From assembly GCA_963742925.1 (NCBI GenBank), contig CAVUNV010000008.1, positions 352,745 through 416,744 on the forward strand: a DNA stretch of 64,000 nucleotides, read 5' to 3'. Shown one piece after another: positions 39,351 through 49,455 of the stretch. Position 1 is the first letter of the stretch. Each line of letters starts with the position of its first letter. The position numbers and the translations under genes are program-made. Below the pieces are notes generated by a model. That model made no database searches and was not told the origin of the DNA. It saw only the letters and a list, made by a program, of their open reading frames with translations. This DNA is from an uncultured Actinomycetes bacterium. Its GTDB lineage: Bacteria > Actinomycetota > Thermoleophilia > Gaiellales > Gaiellaceae.

Positions 39351-40381
39351 CGCTGTACCTGCAGGACAAGCACCCGATCCGCGACGGAATGCGGTACGCA
39401 CAGCTCGCCGAGCAGGCGGGCTTCGAGGCCGTCTGGCAGGCGGAGAGCCGCCTCGTCCGCGAGGCGACGGTCCCCATGGCCGCGTACGCCGCGGTCACCG
39501 AGCGGATCGCGATCGGCTCCGGCGTCGTCAACACCTGGACGCGCAACGTCGGCCTGCTCGCGGCGACCTTCTCGACCCTCGACGACCTGGCGCCCGGCCG
39601 GATCAGGCTCGGCGTCGGTGCCTGGTGGGAGCCGCTGGCGACGAAGGTCGGCGTTCATCGCCGCCACGTGCTCGGGGCGATGCGCGAGACCGTCGAGGTG
39701 ACCCGCCGCCTGCTGGCCATGGAGCGCGTCACCTTCCACGGGGAGTTCGTCGACCTGGAGGACGTCGAGATCGACATCGTCCACGGAGACCGCTCGCCGA
39801 AGCACGTCCCGATCTACGTCGGCGCGACCGGGATGAAGATGATGGAGCTCGCCGGCGAGATCGCCGACGGCGTCGTCCTCAACTACCTGGTCGGCCCGGA
39901 GTACAACCGCGCCGCCATGGAGGCGCTGGCCACCGGCGCCGAGCGGGCCGGGCGCACGGTCGACGACCTCGACCGGCCGCAGCTCGTCGTCTGCTCGCTG
40001 GACGAGAATCGTTCGCTCGCGCTCGACCGGTCGCGCGAGCTGGTCGCGCAGTACCTCGGGCAGCAGCCGCACATCATGAAGGCGAGCGGCGTCGACGAGT
40101 CGCTGCTCGAGGAGATCGGCCGCGTGCTCACGTGGCCCGCGACGCCCGAGCAGATCGAGCAGGCGATGGCACTCGTCCCCGACGAGGTCGTCCAGCTGAT
40201 CACCGCGTCGGGCACGCCCGACGAGTGCCACGCCAAGGTGCACGAGTACGTCGAGGCGGGCTGCACCTGCCCGGTGCTGTACCCGCTCGGCGACGACGTC
40301 CCGGCGATGATCGACGCGTTCGCGACGGTAGGCCCCGGGCGCCTCGGGGTCGGACAGCAAGAACTCATGAAAAGGAGCTAG
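39323..40381 (+). CDS. Luciferase-like (LLM class) F420-dependent oxidoreductase
   Basis: RBS GGGAGGACGG then ATG 39323. [67 protein letters not shown]. Intact. Confidence 0.8.
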   Translation: MAVAADNRVALYLQDKHPIRDGMRYAQLAEQAGFEAVWQAESRLVREATVPMAAYAAVTERIAIGSGVVNTWTRNVGLLAATFSTLDDLAPGRIRLGVGAWWEPLATKVGVHRRHVLGAMRETVEVTRRLLAMERVTFHGEFVDLEDVEIDIVHGDRSPKHVPIYVGATGMKMMELAGEIADGVVLNYLVGPEYNRAAMEALATGAERAGRTVDDLDRPQLVVCSLDENRSLALDRSRELVAQYLGQQPHIMKASGVDESLLEEIGRVLTWPATPEQIEQAMALVPDEVVQLITASGTPDECHAKVHEYVEAGCTCPVLYPLGDDVPAMIDAFATVGPGRLGVGQQELMKRS

Positions 40382-40383
40382 CG

Positions 40384-41394
40384 ATGCAACAGACGGCGAT
40401 CGACCGCAAGACGCTGACCGGCCGGGACTTCATCGAGACGATCGACTGGTCGGTGGATGAGATCGAGGAGGCGCTCGCCGTGGCGGGCGAGCTCAAGCAG
40501 GCCCGCAAGGAGGGCAAGCCGCACCGGCTGCTTCCCGACAAGACGCTGTACATGCTCTTCCTGGACAAGTCGACGCGCACGCGGAACGCATTCGAGACCG
40601 GGATGACCCAGCTCGGCGGCCACGCGATCTTCCTCGACGCGGACAAGACCCAGGTCGCGCACGGGGAGAGCCCGAAGGACATGGGCATCATCCTCTCCCG
40701 CTACGGCGAGGGGCTGGCGATCCGCCACGACCTCGCCCCCTACGAGGGCAGCGCCTGGATGCGGGAGATCGCGCGCTGGGCCGACATCCCGCTGATCAAC
40801 CTCCAGTGCGACATCGACCATCCCACGCAGACGCTCGCCGACCTGATGACGCTGCGCGAGAAGCGCGGCGAGAACCTCAAGGGCCTGAAGGTCGCGATGA
40901 CCTGGGCCTACGCGCCGTCCTATGCGCGGCCGCTGTCGGTGCCGCAGGGCGTTGCGACCCTCTTCCCCCGCTTCGGCATGGACGTCGTGATCGCCCACCC
41001 GCCCGGCTTCGACCTGATGCCCGAGGTGCTGGAGAAGGCAGAGGCGGCGGCCGCCCAGGCGGGCACGTCGATCAGCTTCGCGAGGAGCATGGACGAGGCG
41101 TTCGAGGACGCCGACGTCGTCTATCCGAAGTCCTGGGGCAGGCTCGACGCCTTCGCGGACGGGTCGAAGGCACTGGCGGAGTCGGGCGCCTACAGCAACT
41201 GGATCTGCGACGCCCGCATGCTCGAGCTCGCGAGCCCGGACGTCCTCTACATGCACTGCCTGCCCGCCGACCGCGGCCGCGAGGTGACGGACGAGGTCAT
41301 CGACGGCCCGCACTCGGTCGTCTTCGACGAGGCGGAGAACCGCATGCACACGGCAAAGGCGCTGATGGCGCTGACGATGGGAGGATACGCATGA
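40384..41394 (+). CDS. ygeW: YgeW-type (knotted) carbamoyltransferase
   Basis: FLDKSTRTRNAFETG, KTQVAHGESPKDMG, INLQCDIDHPTQTLADL, VAMTWAYAPSYARPLSVPQG, DVVYPKSWG, LYMHCLPADRG. These strings match my memory of E. coli YgeW rather than OTC, which has a D-x-x-x-S-M-G motif. Intact at 336 aa. Confidence 0.75.
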   Translation: MQQTAIDRKTLTGRDFIETIDWSVDEIEEALAVAGELKQARKEGKPHRLLPDKTLYMLFLDKSTRTRNAFETGMTQLGGHAIFLDADKTQVAHGESPKDMGIILSRYGEGLAIRHDLAPYEGSAWMREIARWADIPLINLQCDIDHPTQTLADLMTLREKRGENLKGLKVAMTWAYAPSYARPLSVPQGVATLFPRFGMDVVIAHPPGFDLMPEVLEKAEAAAAQAGTSISFARSMDEAFEDADVVYPKSWGRLDAFADGSKALAESGAYSNWICDARMLELASPDVLYMHCLPADRGREVTDEVIDGPHSVVFDEAENRMHTAKALMALTMGGYA

Positions 41395-42342
41395 GGCGGA
41401 AGGAGCGCCGTCGTCGCCATCGGCGGCAACTCGCTGATCAAGGACAAGGAGCATCAGACCGTCCGCGACCAGTACATCGCCGCGGGCGAGACCTGCTGGC
41501 ACATCGCCTCGATGATCAGGGACGGCTGGGACGTCGCGATCGGCCACGGGAACGGGCCGCAGGTGGGCTTCATCCTGCGCCGCTCGGAGCTCGCGGCCCA
41601 CGAGCTCCACGAGGTGCCGCTCGACGTCTGCGGAGCCGACAGCCAGGGCGCGATCGGCTATGCGCTGGCGCAGAACCTGGAGAACGACTTCCGCCGGCTC
41701 GGCATCGAACGTCACGCCGTCTCGGTCGTGACCCAGGTCGAGGTGGCCGCCGACGACCCGGCCTTCACCGATCCGTCCAAGCCGATCGGCTCGTTCATGG
41801 ACGAGGAGACGGCGATGCGCCGCCGCGACGCCGACGGTTGGGCCGTTCGCGAGGACGCCGGCCGCGGGTGGCGCAGGGTCGTCGCGTCGCCGGCGCCGAT
41901 CCGCATCGTCGAGGTGGACGCGGTGCGGGCACTGATCGAAGCCGGGTTCGTCGTGATCTCCACCGGCGGCGGGGGAATCCCGGTCGTGACCAACGCGGAC
42001 GGCGACCTCGAGGGCATCGCGGCCGTGATCGACAAGGACCTCGCGTGCTCGCTCCTCGCCACCTGCATCGACGCGGAGCTCTTCCTCGTCACGACGGCCG
42101 TGGAGCGGGTCGCGCTCGACTTCGGAACGCCCGAGCAACGGTGGATCGACCGGATGACGCTCTCGGAGGCCAGGGAGCGCCTGGCAGAGGGCAGGCACTT
42201 CGCCGAGGGCAGCATGGCGCCGAAGATCCGGGCCGTCATCGGCTTCCTCGAGCGCGGAGGCGGCGAGGCGATCGTCACCGACCCCGAGAACGTCGAGCGC
42301 GCGCTGGCCGGCGAGACCGGCACCCACATCGTCGCCGACTGA
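41391..42342 (+). CDS. arcC: Carbamate kinase (one +1 frameshift just after the start, near 41409)
   Basis: ATG 41391 overlaps the ygeW-like TGA. After the shift: VVAIGGNSLIKD...VAIGHGNGPQVG...VISTGGGGIPV...AVIDKDLA...FAEGSMAPKI. Confidence 0.85.
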
Positions 42343-42349
42343 CGCGACC

Positions 42350-43847
42350 TTACGACGGCGCCGGATTCTCGCCGGCCATCCGCAGGCCGATCTCCTCCAC
42401 GTCGGTCTTGTCCTCGACGTCGAAGATCTGTCCCTCGTACATGACGACGATCCTGTCGTTGAGCGCGAGGATCTCGTCGAGGTCCTCGCTGATCAGCAGC
42501 ACACCGATCCCGTGCTCGGCAGCGTCGACGAGGTACCTGTGCACGGTCTCGATCCCGGAGACATCGAGCCCGTGGGTGGGAGAAGCGGCGATCAGCACCT
42601 TCGGCTCGACCGGAGAACTCGCGGGCGAGGACGAGCTTCTGGAGGTTTCCGCCGGACAATGTGCGAGTCTCGACGGTCGCACTCGGCGTCCTGATGTCGT
42701 AGCGGTCGATCAGCTCGTCGGCGTGTGCACGCATTCGCCGCAGCGGGAGCATCGGCCCGACCGACTCGTGCCGGTACGACTTCAGCGCCAGGTTCACCGT
42801 GATCGACAGGCCCGGCGCTACGCCTGTGCCCAGCCGGTCGGCAGGCACGTAGGCGATTCCCGCATCGATGGCGGCGCGAGGATCGCCGTTCCTGATCGAC
42901 TCTCCGGCCACCCGGACCGACCCTTTCGTCACCGGCCGTAGCCCGGTGATCGCCTCGGCGAGCTCCTGCTGGCCGTTCCCGGACACCCCGGCGACCGCCA
43001 CGATCTCACCCGCCCCGATCGTCAGCGTCACGTCCTTGACCGTCGGCGCGCCGCGGTCACCCTCGACCCAGATGCCTTCCAACTCGAGCGCCGCCCTCCG
43101 GTCGCGACGCGCAGGGGCCGACCGGCTCACCGCTTCGATCTCGTGGCCGACCATCAATGCGGCAAGCGATCGTGGAGTCGCCTCGTCGGTGGGAACGGTC
43201 GCCATCGTCCGGCCCATCCTCAGCACGGTGACACGGTCGGAGACCGCCATCACCTCGTGCAGCTTGTGGGAGATGAAGATGACCGTCCGGCCTTCGGCGG
43301 CCATCTGGCGCAGGGTCACGAAGAGCGTCTTGGCTTCCTGCGGGGTGAGGACCGCTGTCGGCTCGTCGAGGATCAGGACCCGCGCTTCCTGGTAGAGCGC
43401 GTTCAGGATCTCGACGCGCTGCTGCTCGCCGACGGCGAGCTGCCAGATCCGCGCACCGGGATCGACGGCCAGCGAGTAACGCTCGCCGAGCTCTCGCACC
43501 TGGCGTGCGACCGCGTGGGAGTTGACCAGGAACTTGCGGCCTTCACCGCGCCTGTCGCCGAGCATGATGTTCTCGGCGACGGTGAATCGCTCGACCAGCC
43601 GGAATTGCTGGTGCACCATGCCGACACCGGCGTCGAGGGCGTCGCGGGGGGAGGAGAAGCTGACAGGCTTCCCGTTGAGCTCGATCTCGCCTTCGTCGGG
43701 CCGGTAGAGACCGGTGAGGATGTGCATCAGCGTCGTCTTGCCGGCGCCGTTTTCGCCGAGCAGGGCGTGCACCTCCCCGGCGGCCGCCTCGAAATCAACA
43801 TGGTCGTTGGCGAGCACGCCCGGGAAGCGCTTCGTGACCTGCAACAT
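42350..43847 (-). CDS. ABC transporter ATPase with duplicated NBDs, BMP/nucleoside-sugar (RbsA/NupA-like) type, one +1 frameshift near 42620
   Basis: From ATG 43847: NBD1 GENGAGKTT, VGEQQRVEIL, LILDEPT. NBD2 GVSGNGQQEL, LSGGNLQKLVLARE, then VEPKVLIAASPTHGLDV...LLISEDLDE in ORF 42350..42682. Confidence 0.85.
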
Positions 43848-43926
43848 CGCAACAGCAGGGGAGGCGCCGCGACCAGCGACGCCTCCCGCACCTAGAAGCA
43901 AGTCGGGGGCCTGTTGCCCCACCGCA

Positions 43927-45061
43927 CTAGCCGGGCGGCAGGACGTGAGAGACCGACCCGACAACCCCCTTCACCAACCACTGCATCGAGTACAGCTGAT
44001 CCCCGCCTGGTCGACAAACACTTCCCCTTCGCGATCCTGCAGCTTGCCAGCCTGGTCATACACCGGCCCACAAAACTCGTTGAACGTGCCGCTCTGGATC
44101 GCCTTCTGCTTCGCCGCGATCAACGCCCTCGTCTTCGAGCTCACGATTCGGGCCATACGGCGCCAACTTCGTGAACCCATCATTGATCGACCCGTAATAA
44201 AACCCCGTCTTCCACGTGCCGGCCATCGCCGCCTTCACACGCTTCAAGTAGTACAGGCCCCAGTTGTAGACGGACGCCGTCAGCCACTGCTTCGGCGCGA
44301 ACTTCTGAGCGTTCGAGTCATAGCCGACCCACGGAACACCATGCTTCTCCGCATACACACCCGCCGCCGGACTATCCACATTCTGACCCAACACATCCGC
44401 ACCCGCCGCGACCAGATTCTGGGCGGCCGCAGCCGTCTCCTTCGGCGGCGAGAACCACGAATTCGTCCAAATGATCTTCACCTTCGCCCCCGGATGCGTC
44501 GCCTGCACACCCAACGCGAACGCATCCGTGTGCCGAACCACCTCCGGGGTCCCAAACGGCACCACATACCCGATCAACACCCTTCTTCGTCGCCGCCCCA
44601 GCGGCCATGCCCGACAGGTAGATCGTGTCCTCCGCCGCCCCGAAATACTCCGCCTGATTCCTCTTCACCTGCGACCCCGTCGCCTGCTCGAACAACACCT
44701 TCGGATACTTCTGCCACAACTGACCATTCACACCAAACTCGAGCATCCCGAACGAGGTCGCAAAAATCATGTTGTAACCATCACGAACAAGCCCGGCGAC
44801 GATCTGCGGCACCGACGCGTTGCTGAACACATTCTCCTTGTACGTCGTCTGCACCTTGCTACCCAACATCTTCTGCACGTACAACCGACCCGCATCATGC
44901 GCCTGCGACCACCCACCATCGTTATGCGGCCCCGGATAAATAAACGCCACCTTGTACACGGCGGCCCGAGACGCGGTGCCGGCGGAGACGGTGCCCGCCA
45001 CAGCGAGTGCCACCACGAACAGGAGCCCGGCCAGCATCAGCCTAGCCCTCTTCATTGTCAT
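43927..45061 (-). pseudogene. BMP-family (basic membrane protein / PnrA-like, nucleoside-type) ABC substrate-binding protein, three frameshifts
   Basis: Signal MTMKRARLMLAGLLFVVALAVAG. KVAFIYPGPHNDGGWSQAHDAG, then LIGYVVPFGTPEVVRH...WFSPPKE (ORF 44056..44580), then IVSSKTRALIAAKQKAIQSGTFNEFCGPVYDQAGK (ORF 43971..44183), then DQLYSMQWLVKGVVGSV ending at TAG 43929-43927. Breaks are near 44575 (+1), 44180 (+1) and 43985 (-1 in a G-run). Confidence 0.8.
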
Positions 45062-45236
45062 CTCCTTCCCGGTCGCCCGAGGGCCGACTCGGCCGGGCGA
45101 GCGACACTGACCTCACCTCCTACCCCGGAGGAACAGTGGGAATGTCGCAGCGCCCGACGCCGCTCACATCAGGGCGGCCGCTGAGGGAGGCTTCCACAAA
45201 CTACCGACCGGCAAACGCTGTCGATACTCTCGGCAG

Positions 45237-45584
45237 GTGGCCTTCGATGAGCGTCTGGCGGAGCGCGTGTCAAACGTTCTCGAGGACGTTCCCGATGTAC
45301 GCGAGCAGCAGATGTTCGGCGGCATCGCCTTTCTGATCGGCGGCCACATGGCCTGCGGCATCGTCGGCGACGAGCTGATGCTGCGCCTCGGAGAGCAAGG
45401 CGCCGACGCGGCACTCGACGAGCCTCATGTGCGGCCGATGGACTTCACCGGCAAGCCGATGAGCACGATGGTGTTCGTCGAGCCGGCAGGCATCGAGTCC
45501 GACGAGGTGCTGGCCGGCTGGATCACGCGTGCCGTCGCGTACGTTCAGATGCTTCCGCCGAAGACGAACCAGCGCGGGCGCTAG
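45237..45584 (+). CDS. TfoX N-terminal domain protein
   Basis: ORF 45237..45584: ERVSNVLEDVPDVREQQMFGGIAFLIGGHMACGIVGDELMLRL is the typical TfoX_N pattern. Confidence 0.7.
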   Translation: MAFDERLAERVSNVLEDVPDVREQQMFGGIAFLIGGHMACGIVGDELMLRLGEQGADAALDEPHVRPMDFTGKPMSTMVFVEPAGIESDEVLAGWITRAVAYVQMLPPKTNQRGR

Positions 45585-46492
45585 GACGCTTCGGCTCGAC
45601 CTCCGTCGTCGAGCTTGTCGGCCAGGTAGGCCCAGTCCCGCTCGAACCGGTAGGCGTGCCGGTCGGGCGGCCCCGGCGCCGACGTCTCCAGCCACCTCAC
45701 CGTTCCACCGCGCGTCTCGTAGAACGCGTGCACGCAGCCGACGCCGGTCCAGAACACGTCGCCCGGCCGGAGCGAGTGACGATCGCCGTCCGCGACGACG
45801 TCGACCTCGCCTTCGAGCATGACATACGACTCCTCGAACGGATGGTCGTGCGGGTGCGCGACGGCCCCGGGGTGGTAGCCGACCATGAACATCGTGTGGA
45901 GCTGGGCGTCCAGGCGCTTGTCGACGAGCATCTTCACCGTGATCCCGCTGTAGAGGAGCGCAGCCGTCGACATGCTCGCCGAGACCGTCGGAGCCGCGAC
46001 CTGTGCACCCTCTGTGAGCCGCTCGACCTCCATGTCGCCGGCCGACAGGTGGAAGAGATTGCGGTTTCTCGGGTCGCGCAGGTCGAGCTCGACCGCCGAA
46101 TCGACGGGCGCCTCCCCGACGAAGAACGTGTCCGGCGGCTCACCCGGGCCGCGCGGACGCGGCGAAGCCATCTCGATCCACCGGCCCTCGCCCTCGCACC
46201 GCCAGGCGTGCGGAACGCCGACGGGGATGGCCCCGCATGCATCCGGCTCGAGCTTCAGGCCTCGGCCGTCGAGGTAGAGGACAGGCGTTCCCGAGAGGAC
46301 GTAGAAGCCGGTCTCGAACGAGTGCAGGTGCGTGTCGACATGACCGTTCTCGAGCTCGATCAGGCTGAGCCCGGTGTGGACAGCGCCCGAGTCGGCGCCG
46401 ATCAGCACCGCCCGCCGCAGTCCCCGGCTGTGGCCGGGCAGCGCGGGCGCGAACTCGATGTCCTCGCGGCGGATCAGGTGGTATCGCTTCAT
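45581..46492 (-). CDS. Bicupin protein (two cupin barrels)
   Basis: ORF 45581..46492. The second barrel has HPHDHPFEESYVMLEGE...GDVFW...HAF (H-x-H-x4-E...H). The first barrel has HLHSFETGFYVLSG...VPHAW. The substrate is unknown. Confidence 0.7.
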   Translation of the reverse strand: MKRYHLIRREDIEFAPALPGHSRGLRRAVLIGADSGAVHTGLSLIELENGHVDTHLHSFETGFYVLSGTPVLYLDGRGLKLEPDACGAIPVGVPHAWRCEGEGRWIEMASPRPRGPGEPPDTFFVGEAPVDSAVELDLRDPRNRNLFHLSAGDMEVERLTEGAQVAAPTVSASMSTAALLYSGITVKMLVDKRLDAQLHTMFMVGYHPGAVAHPHDHPFEESYVMLEGEVDVVADGDRHSLRPGDVFWTGVGCVHAFYETRGGTVRWLETSAPGPPDRHAYRFERDWAYLADKLDDGGRAEAS

Positions 46493-47386
46493 ACCGCGCC
46501 TGGAGTCTCCCGCAGCTGCAGGAAGAGCGCCATGAAGTCCATGTCCGCATACCCGCGTTCGGCAGCGGCGTCGAGAAGCGTGCGAAGCTGCCGGGTGAAG
46601 GGCAGCGCCAGGTCACTCTCGCCGGCGAGACGAAGGACGAGGTCGACGTCCTTGAGCATCATCGCGGTGGTGAAGGTGGCGGAGTAGTCGCCCCGCAGCA
46701 GCGGGTCGGTCTTGTACGCGATGAACGGCGAGCCGACGACGGAGGAGTTGATCACCTCGAGGAGTGTCCTCTGGTCGATACCGGCGGCCTCACCGAGCAC
46801 GAGCCCCTCGCCGAGCAACTCGGCGGTTCCGCCGATCAGGATCTGGAGGACGAGCTTGACGACGCGCGCTCGCTCGCCTTCTCCGACGTAGAGCACCTTC
46901 GGCCCGATCGCGTGGAGCAACTCGTCGACGCGTTCGACGACGTCGGCGGAGCCGGAGACGATGATCGTCAGATTCCCGGCGCGGACGACCGACGGATTGC
47001 CGCTGACCGGGGCTCTCAGGTAGGCGACGCCCGCCTCGGCCGCCCGCTCGGCGACGCGTTCCGAGACCGTTACCGAGACCGTGCTCATGTCGATCAGCAC
47101 CGTCTCTCGCGGCGCGCGCGACAGCAGCCCCGCCTCGCCGAGAACGACCGCCTCGAGCGCGTCGTCGTCCGCGAGCATCGTCAGGCAGACGTCTGCCTCC
47201 CGCAGGGCATCGGCCGACGATGCCAGGATCCTTGCTCCTCGCCCGGCAAGCAGCCTCTGCTTTCTCGATCGTCCGGTTGAAGACGGCAAGCGGGAACCCG
47301 CTGTCGAGAATGCGCTCGGCGATCGGGAGACCCATCTTTCCGAGGCCGACGACGGCCACGCGGTTGCGGACGGCTGCGTTCGCCAC
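46489..47386 (-). CDS. 3-hydroxyisobutyrate / tartronate-semialdehyde reductase family NAD(P) oxidoreductase (one +1 frameshift near 47254)
   Basis: N-terminus VAVVGLGKMGLPIAERILDSGFPLAVFNRTIEKAE in ORF 46790..47386. The rest, LLAGRGARILASSADALREADVCLTMLADD...VSGNPSVVRAGNLTIIVSG...KLVLQILIG, is in ORF 46489..47289. Its stop overlaps the bicupin ATG (ATGA at 46489-46492). Confidence 0.8.
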
Positions 47387-47541
47387 GGAGGCGAACGATA
47401 GACGCGCCGTACAGTGTCAGTCGCGACTCTCGTCGGTGCGCTGGGGTGGAGAGCTCATGGGGAAACCGGCCGTTTCCCCAGAGTTCGGGCCGGGGCGGCC
47501 GCGCCGCCGCGAGCGCGACGGAAGCAAGCGGAGCGCGTACG

Positions 47542-48171
47542 ATGCGACGGATGCGCGAGATCCGGCCCGGGCTGTGGCACTGGACGGCGATCCACCCGTC
47601 GATCGGCATGATGGTCAGCGGCTACCGCCTGGCTGCCGAGCGAGTGCTGCTGGACCCTGTGGTCCCCGAGGAGGGTGCCGGCGTGCTCGGCGGTCCGCCG
47701 CCAACCGACGTCCTGCTGACGAACCGCCATCACTGGCGTGGCTGCACGGAGCTCATCGCCGCGTTCGGGGTGACGGTCCACGCGCCGCGTTCCGGCCTGC
47801 ACGAGTTCGGCCTCGACCGCCCGGTCACGCCCTACGACCCGGGCGACGAGCTGCCCGGCGGGGCCGTGGTCCACGGGGTGGGCCACCTGTGCCCCGACGA
47901 GATGGCGCTCTGGTTCCCCGCCTACCGCGCCTTGGCGATCGCCGATGGCGCCATCCGCCATCCGCCCGGCGGCCCGCTGGCGTTCGTCCCGGACCGCCTC
48001 ATCGGCGCGGACCCCGAGCCGGTGAAGGCCGCCCTGCGCGAGCGCTACGGCGAGCTGGCGCGCGAGCTGCGCCCCGAGGTCCTGCTGCTCGCGCACGGCG
48101 AGCCGATCATCGACGGCGGCGGCGCGGCGCTGGAGCGGTTCTCGCGGGAGGGTGCGTCCGCGGAGTTCTGA
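47542..48171 (+). CDS. MBL-fold-like protein with a degenerate metal motif
   Basis: From ATG 47542: MRRMREIRPGLWHW...DVLLTNRHHWRGC...VHAPRSG...LLLAHGEPI. The H-x-H-x-D-H motif is replaced by NRHHWR. Confidence 0.55.
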   Translation: MRRMREIRPGLWHWTAIHPSIGMMVSGYRLAAERVLLDPVVPEEGAGVLGGPPPTDVLLTNRHHWRGCTELIAAFGVTVHAPRSGLHEFGLDRPVTPYDPGDELPGGAVVHGVGHLCPDEMALWFPAYRALAIADGAIRHPPGGPLAFVPDRLIGADPEPVKAALRERYGELARELRPEVLLLAHGEPIIDGGGAALERFSREGASAEF

Positions 48172-48191
48172 GCTAGCCTCAGACGAGTGCG

Positions 48192-48728
48192 CTATGGCTC
48201 TACGCTCGTCGGAGGCGGGGGCCAGACGGGAGCGCTGACGACGCCCGGTAGCGCTTTCTCGTAGAGCTGTGCGAGGCGGTCGAGCTCCCGCGGTGTGAGC
48301 CGCTCGAGGAAGAGCTCGCGCACCGTCGCGTGGTGGATGACTTGTGCGCGGCGCAGCGCCTCGAGTCCGGGTCTGGTCAGCGCGGCGAGCGCCGCGCGCC
48401 CGTCCGCCGAGTCCGGCTCGCGGCGAACGAGGCCGCGTTCCTCGAGGCGCGTGACCACTCGGGTGATTCCACTCGGGGTGAGCATCCGTTGGGCGCCGAG
48501 GTCGCTCATGCGCAGTCTGAGTCGAGGAGCGGTGACGAGTGTGATCAGGACTCCGTAGTCGGCGAGTGACAGGTCGCCGTGCTGCTGGAGGCGGCGGTCG
48601 ATCTCGCGCGTGACGGTTTCCCGCATGCGGATCAGCCCGCGCCAGGCGTGGAACTCCTCCTCGGTGAAGGCGTCGGGCTCGGGGAGGTCGTCGAGCCAGC
48701 GTTCGGGGTCGGCGTTATTACTTGACAC
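48192..48728 (-). CDS. MarR-family transcriptional regulator
   Basis: ORF 48192..48728: LSLADYGVLITLVTAPRLRLRMSDLGAQRMLTPSGITRVVTRLEERGLVRREPDSADGRA (wHTH). GTG start at 48728. Confidence 0.85.
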   Translation of the reverse strand: MSSNNADPERWLDDLPEPDAFTEEEFHAWRGLIRMRETVTREIDRRLQQHGDLSLADYGVLITLVTAPRLRLRMSDLGAQRMLTPSGITRVVTRLEERGLVRREPDSADGRAALAALTRPGLEALRRAQVIHHATVRELFLERLTPRELDRLAQLYEKALPGVVSAPVWPPPPTSVEP

Positions 48729-48750
48729 AGTGAAGTAAATCTCCTATAGT
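48722..48750 (+). promoter_or_regulatory. Near-consensus sigma-70/sigma-A promoter (TTGACA-17-TATAGT) for the cupin gene
   Basis: TTGACA at 48722-48727, a 17-nt spacer, then TATAGT at 48745-48750, about 55 nt upstream of the cupin start. It overlaps the MarR GTG. GTGAAGTA direct repeats at 48730-48737 and 48762-48769 are candidate operator half-sites. Confidence 0.6.
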
Positions 48751-48809
48751 TGTTTGCGTGTGTGAAGTATATCGGATCGCGGCTCCATCAACCGAGACAG
48801 GAGATGAAC

Positions 48810-49280
48810 ATGACGACGCTCCCATACACCGTTCTCGCACCAGACGAAGGGCTCCGGCTCCAGTCCGGCCCCGGACGAGACCTCATCTTCAAGGTCACCG
48901 GCGAGAACACCGGCGGCGCCTTCGACTACTTCATCGTCGAGGTCGCACCGAAAGGCGGCCCGCCGCTGCACGTCCACCACAAGCAGGAGGAGACGATCCA
49001 CGCTCTGAAAGGCCGCTACAAGATCCAGATCGGCGAGGACACCTTCACCTGCGAGGAAGGAGGCTTCGCCTATCTCCCGTCAAACGTGCCCCACGCGTTC
49101 CTCAACCTGACCGACGAGCCGGGTGAGGTCATCGTGGTCTACACCCCCGGCGGCGGACACAAGTTCTACGAAGAGCTCGGCCCGGCAACCCGGAACGGCA
49201 CCGCCGACCGGACGGCAATCGCGGCAATCTTCGAGAAGTACGACATGACACTGCTCGGACCGCCGCTCAGCGACGACTGA
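48810..49280 (+). CDS. Cupin-domain protein
   Basis: RBS ACAGGAG then ATG 48810 (ATG 48804 is also in frame). GGAFDYFIVEVAPKGGPPLHVHHKQEETIHALKG...LPSNVPHAF. Confidence 0.8.
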   Translation: MTTLPYTVLAPDEGLRLQSGPGRDLIFKVTGENTGGAFDYFIVEVAPKGGPPLHVHHKQEETIHALKGRYKIQIGEDTFTCEEGGFAYLPSNVPHAFLNLTDEPGEVIVVYTPGGGHKFYEELGPATRNGTADRTAIAAIFEKYDMTLLGPPLSDD

Positions 49281-49424
49281 ACGCTGTCTCCGACCCCCTT
49301 CCTGCCAGGGAGGCCGGCCCGCTCGACCTCCCTGGCACTTCGACACCTCCCGGATCGGCCCGGCTCTCGACGACGCCGCGGACAACTGAAAGGCGACCAA
49401 GGCGACGAGGTGACCGCGAGAACA

Positions 49425-49450
49425 GAAAAGCCCTGTTTCCAGGGCTTTTC
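49425..49450. terminator. Rho-independent-type hairpin (GAAAAGCCCTG TTTC CAGGGCTTTTC), bidirectional
   Basis: A perfect 11-bp stem with T/A runs on both arms. It lies 5 nt downstream of the reverse-strand tRNA-Ala and about 145 nt downstream of the cupin gene. Confidence 0.65.
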
Positions 49451-49455
49451 TCTCA

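Noticed and set aside
35017-42327. ORFs 35017..37425 (-), 35634..37427 (+), 37422..38929 (-), 39086..40360 (-), 40378..42327 (-), 40806..42941 (+)
   Set aside because: These are shadow ORFs over the catabolic operon. None carries a recognisable motif, whereas the chosen frames do.
45062-45236. Structured 5' leader or riboswitch upstream of the BMP binding-protein gene
   Set aside because: Hairpins exist (for example CGCCCG...CGGGCG), but nothing resembles a known purine-sensing RNA, and the downstream gene is itself frameshifted.
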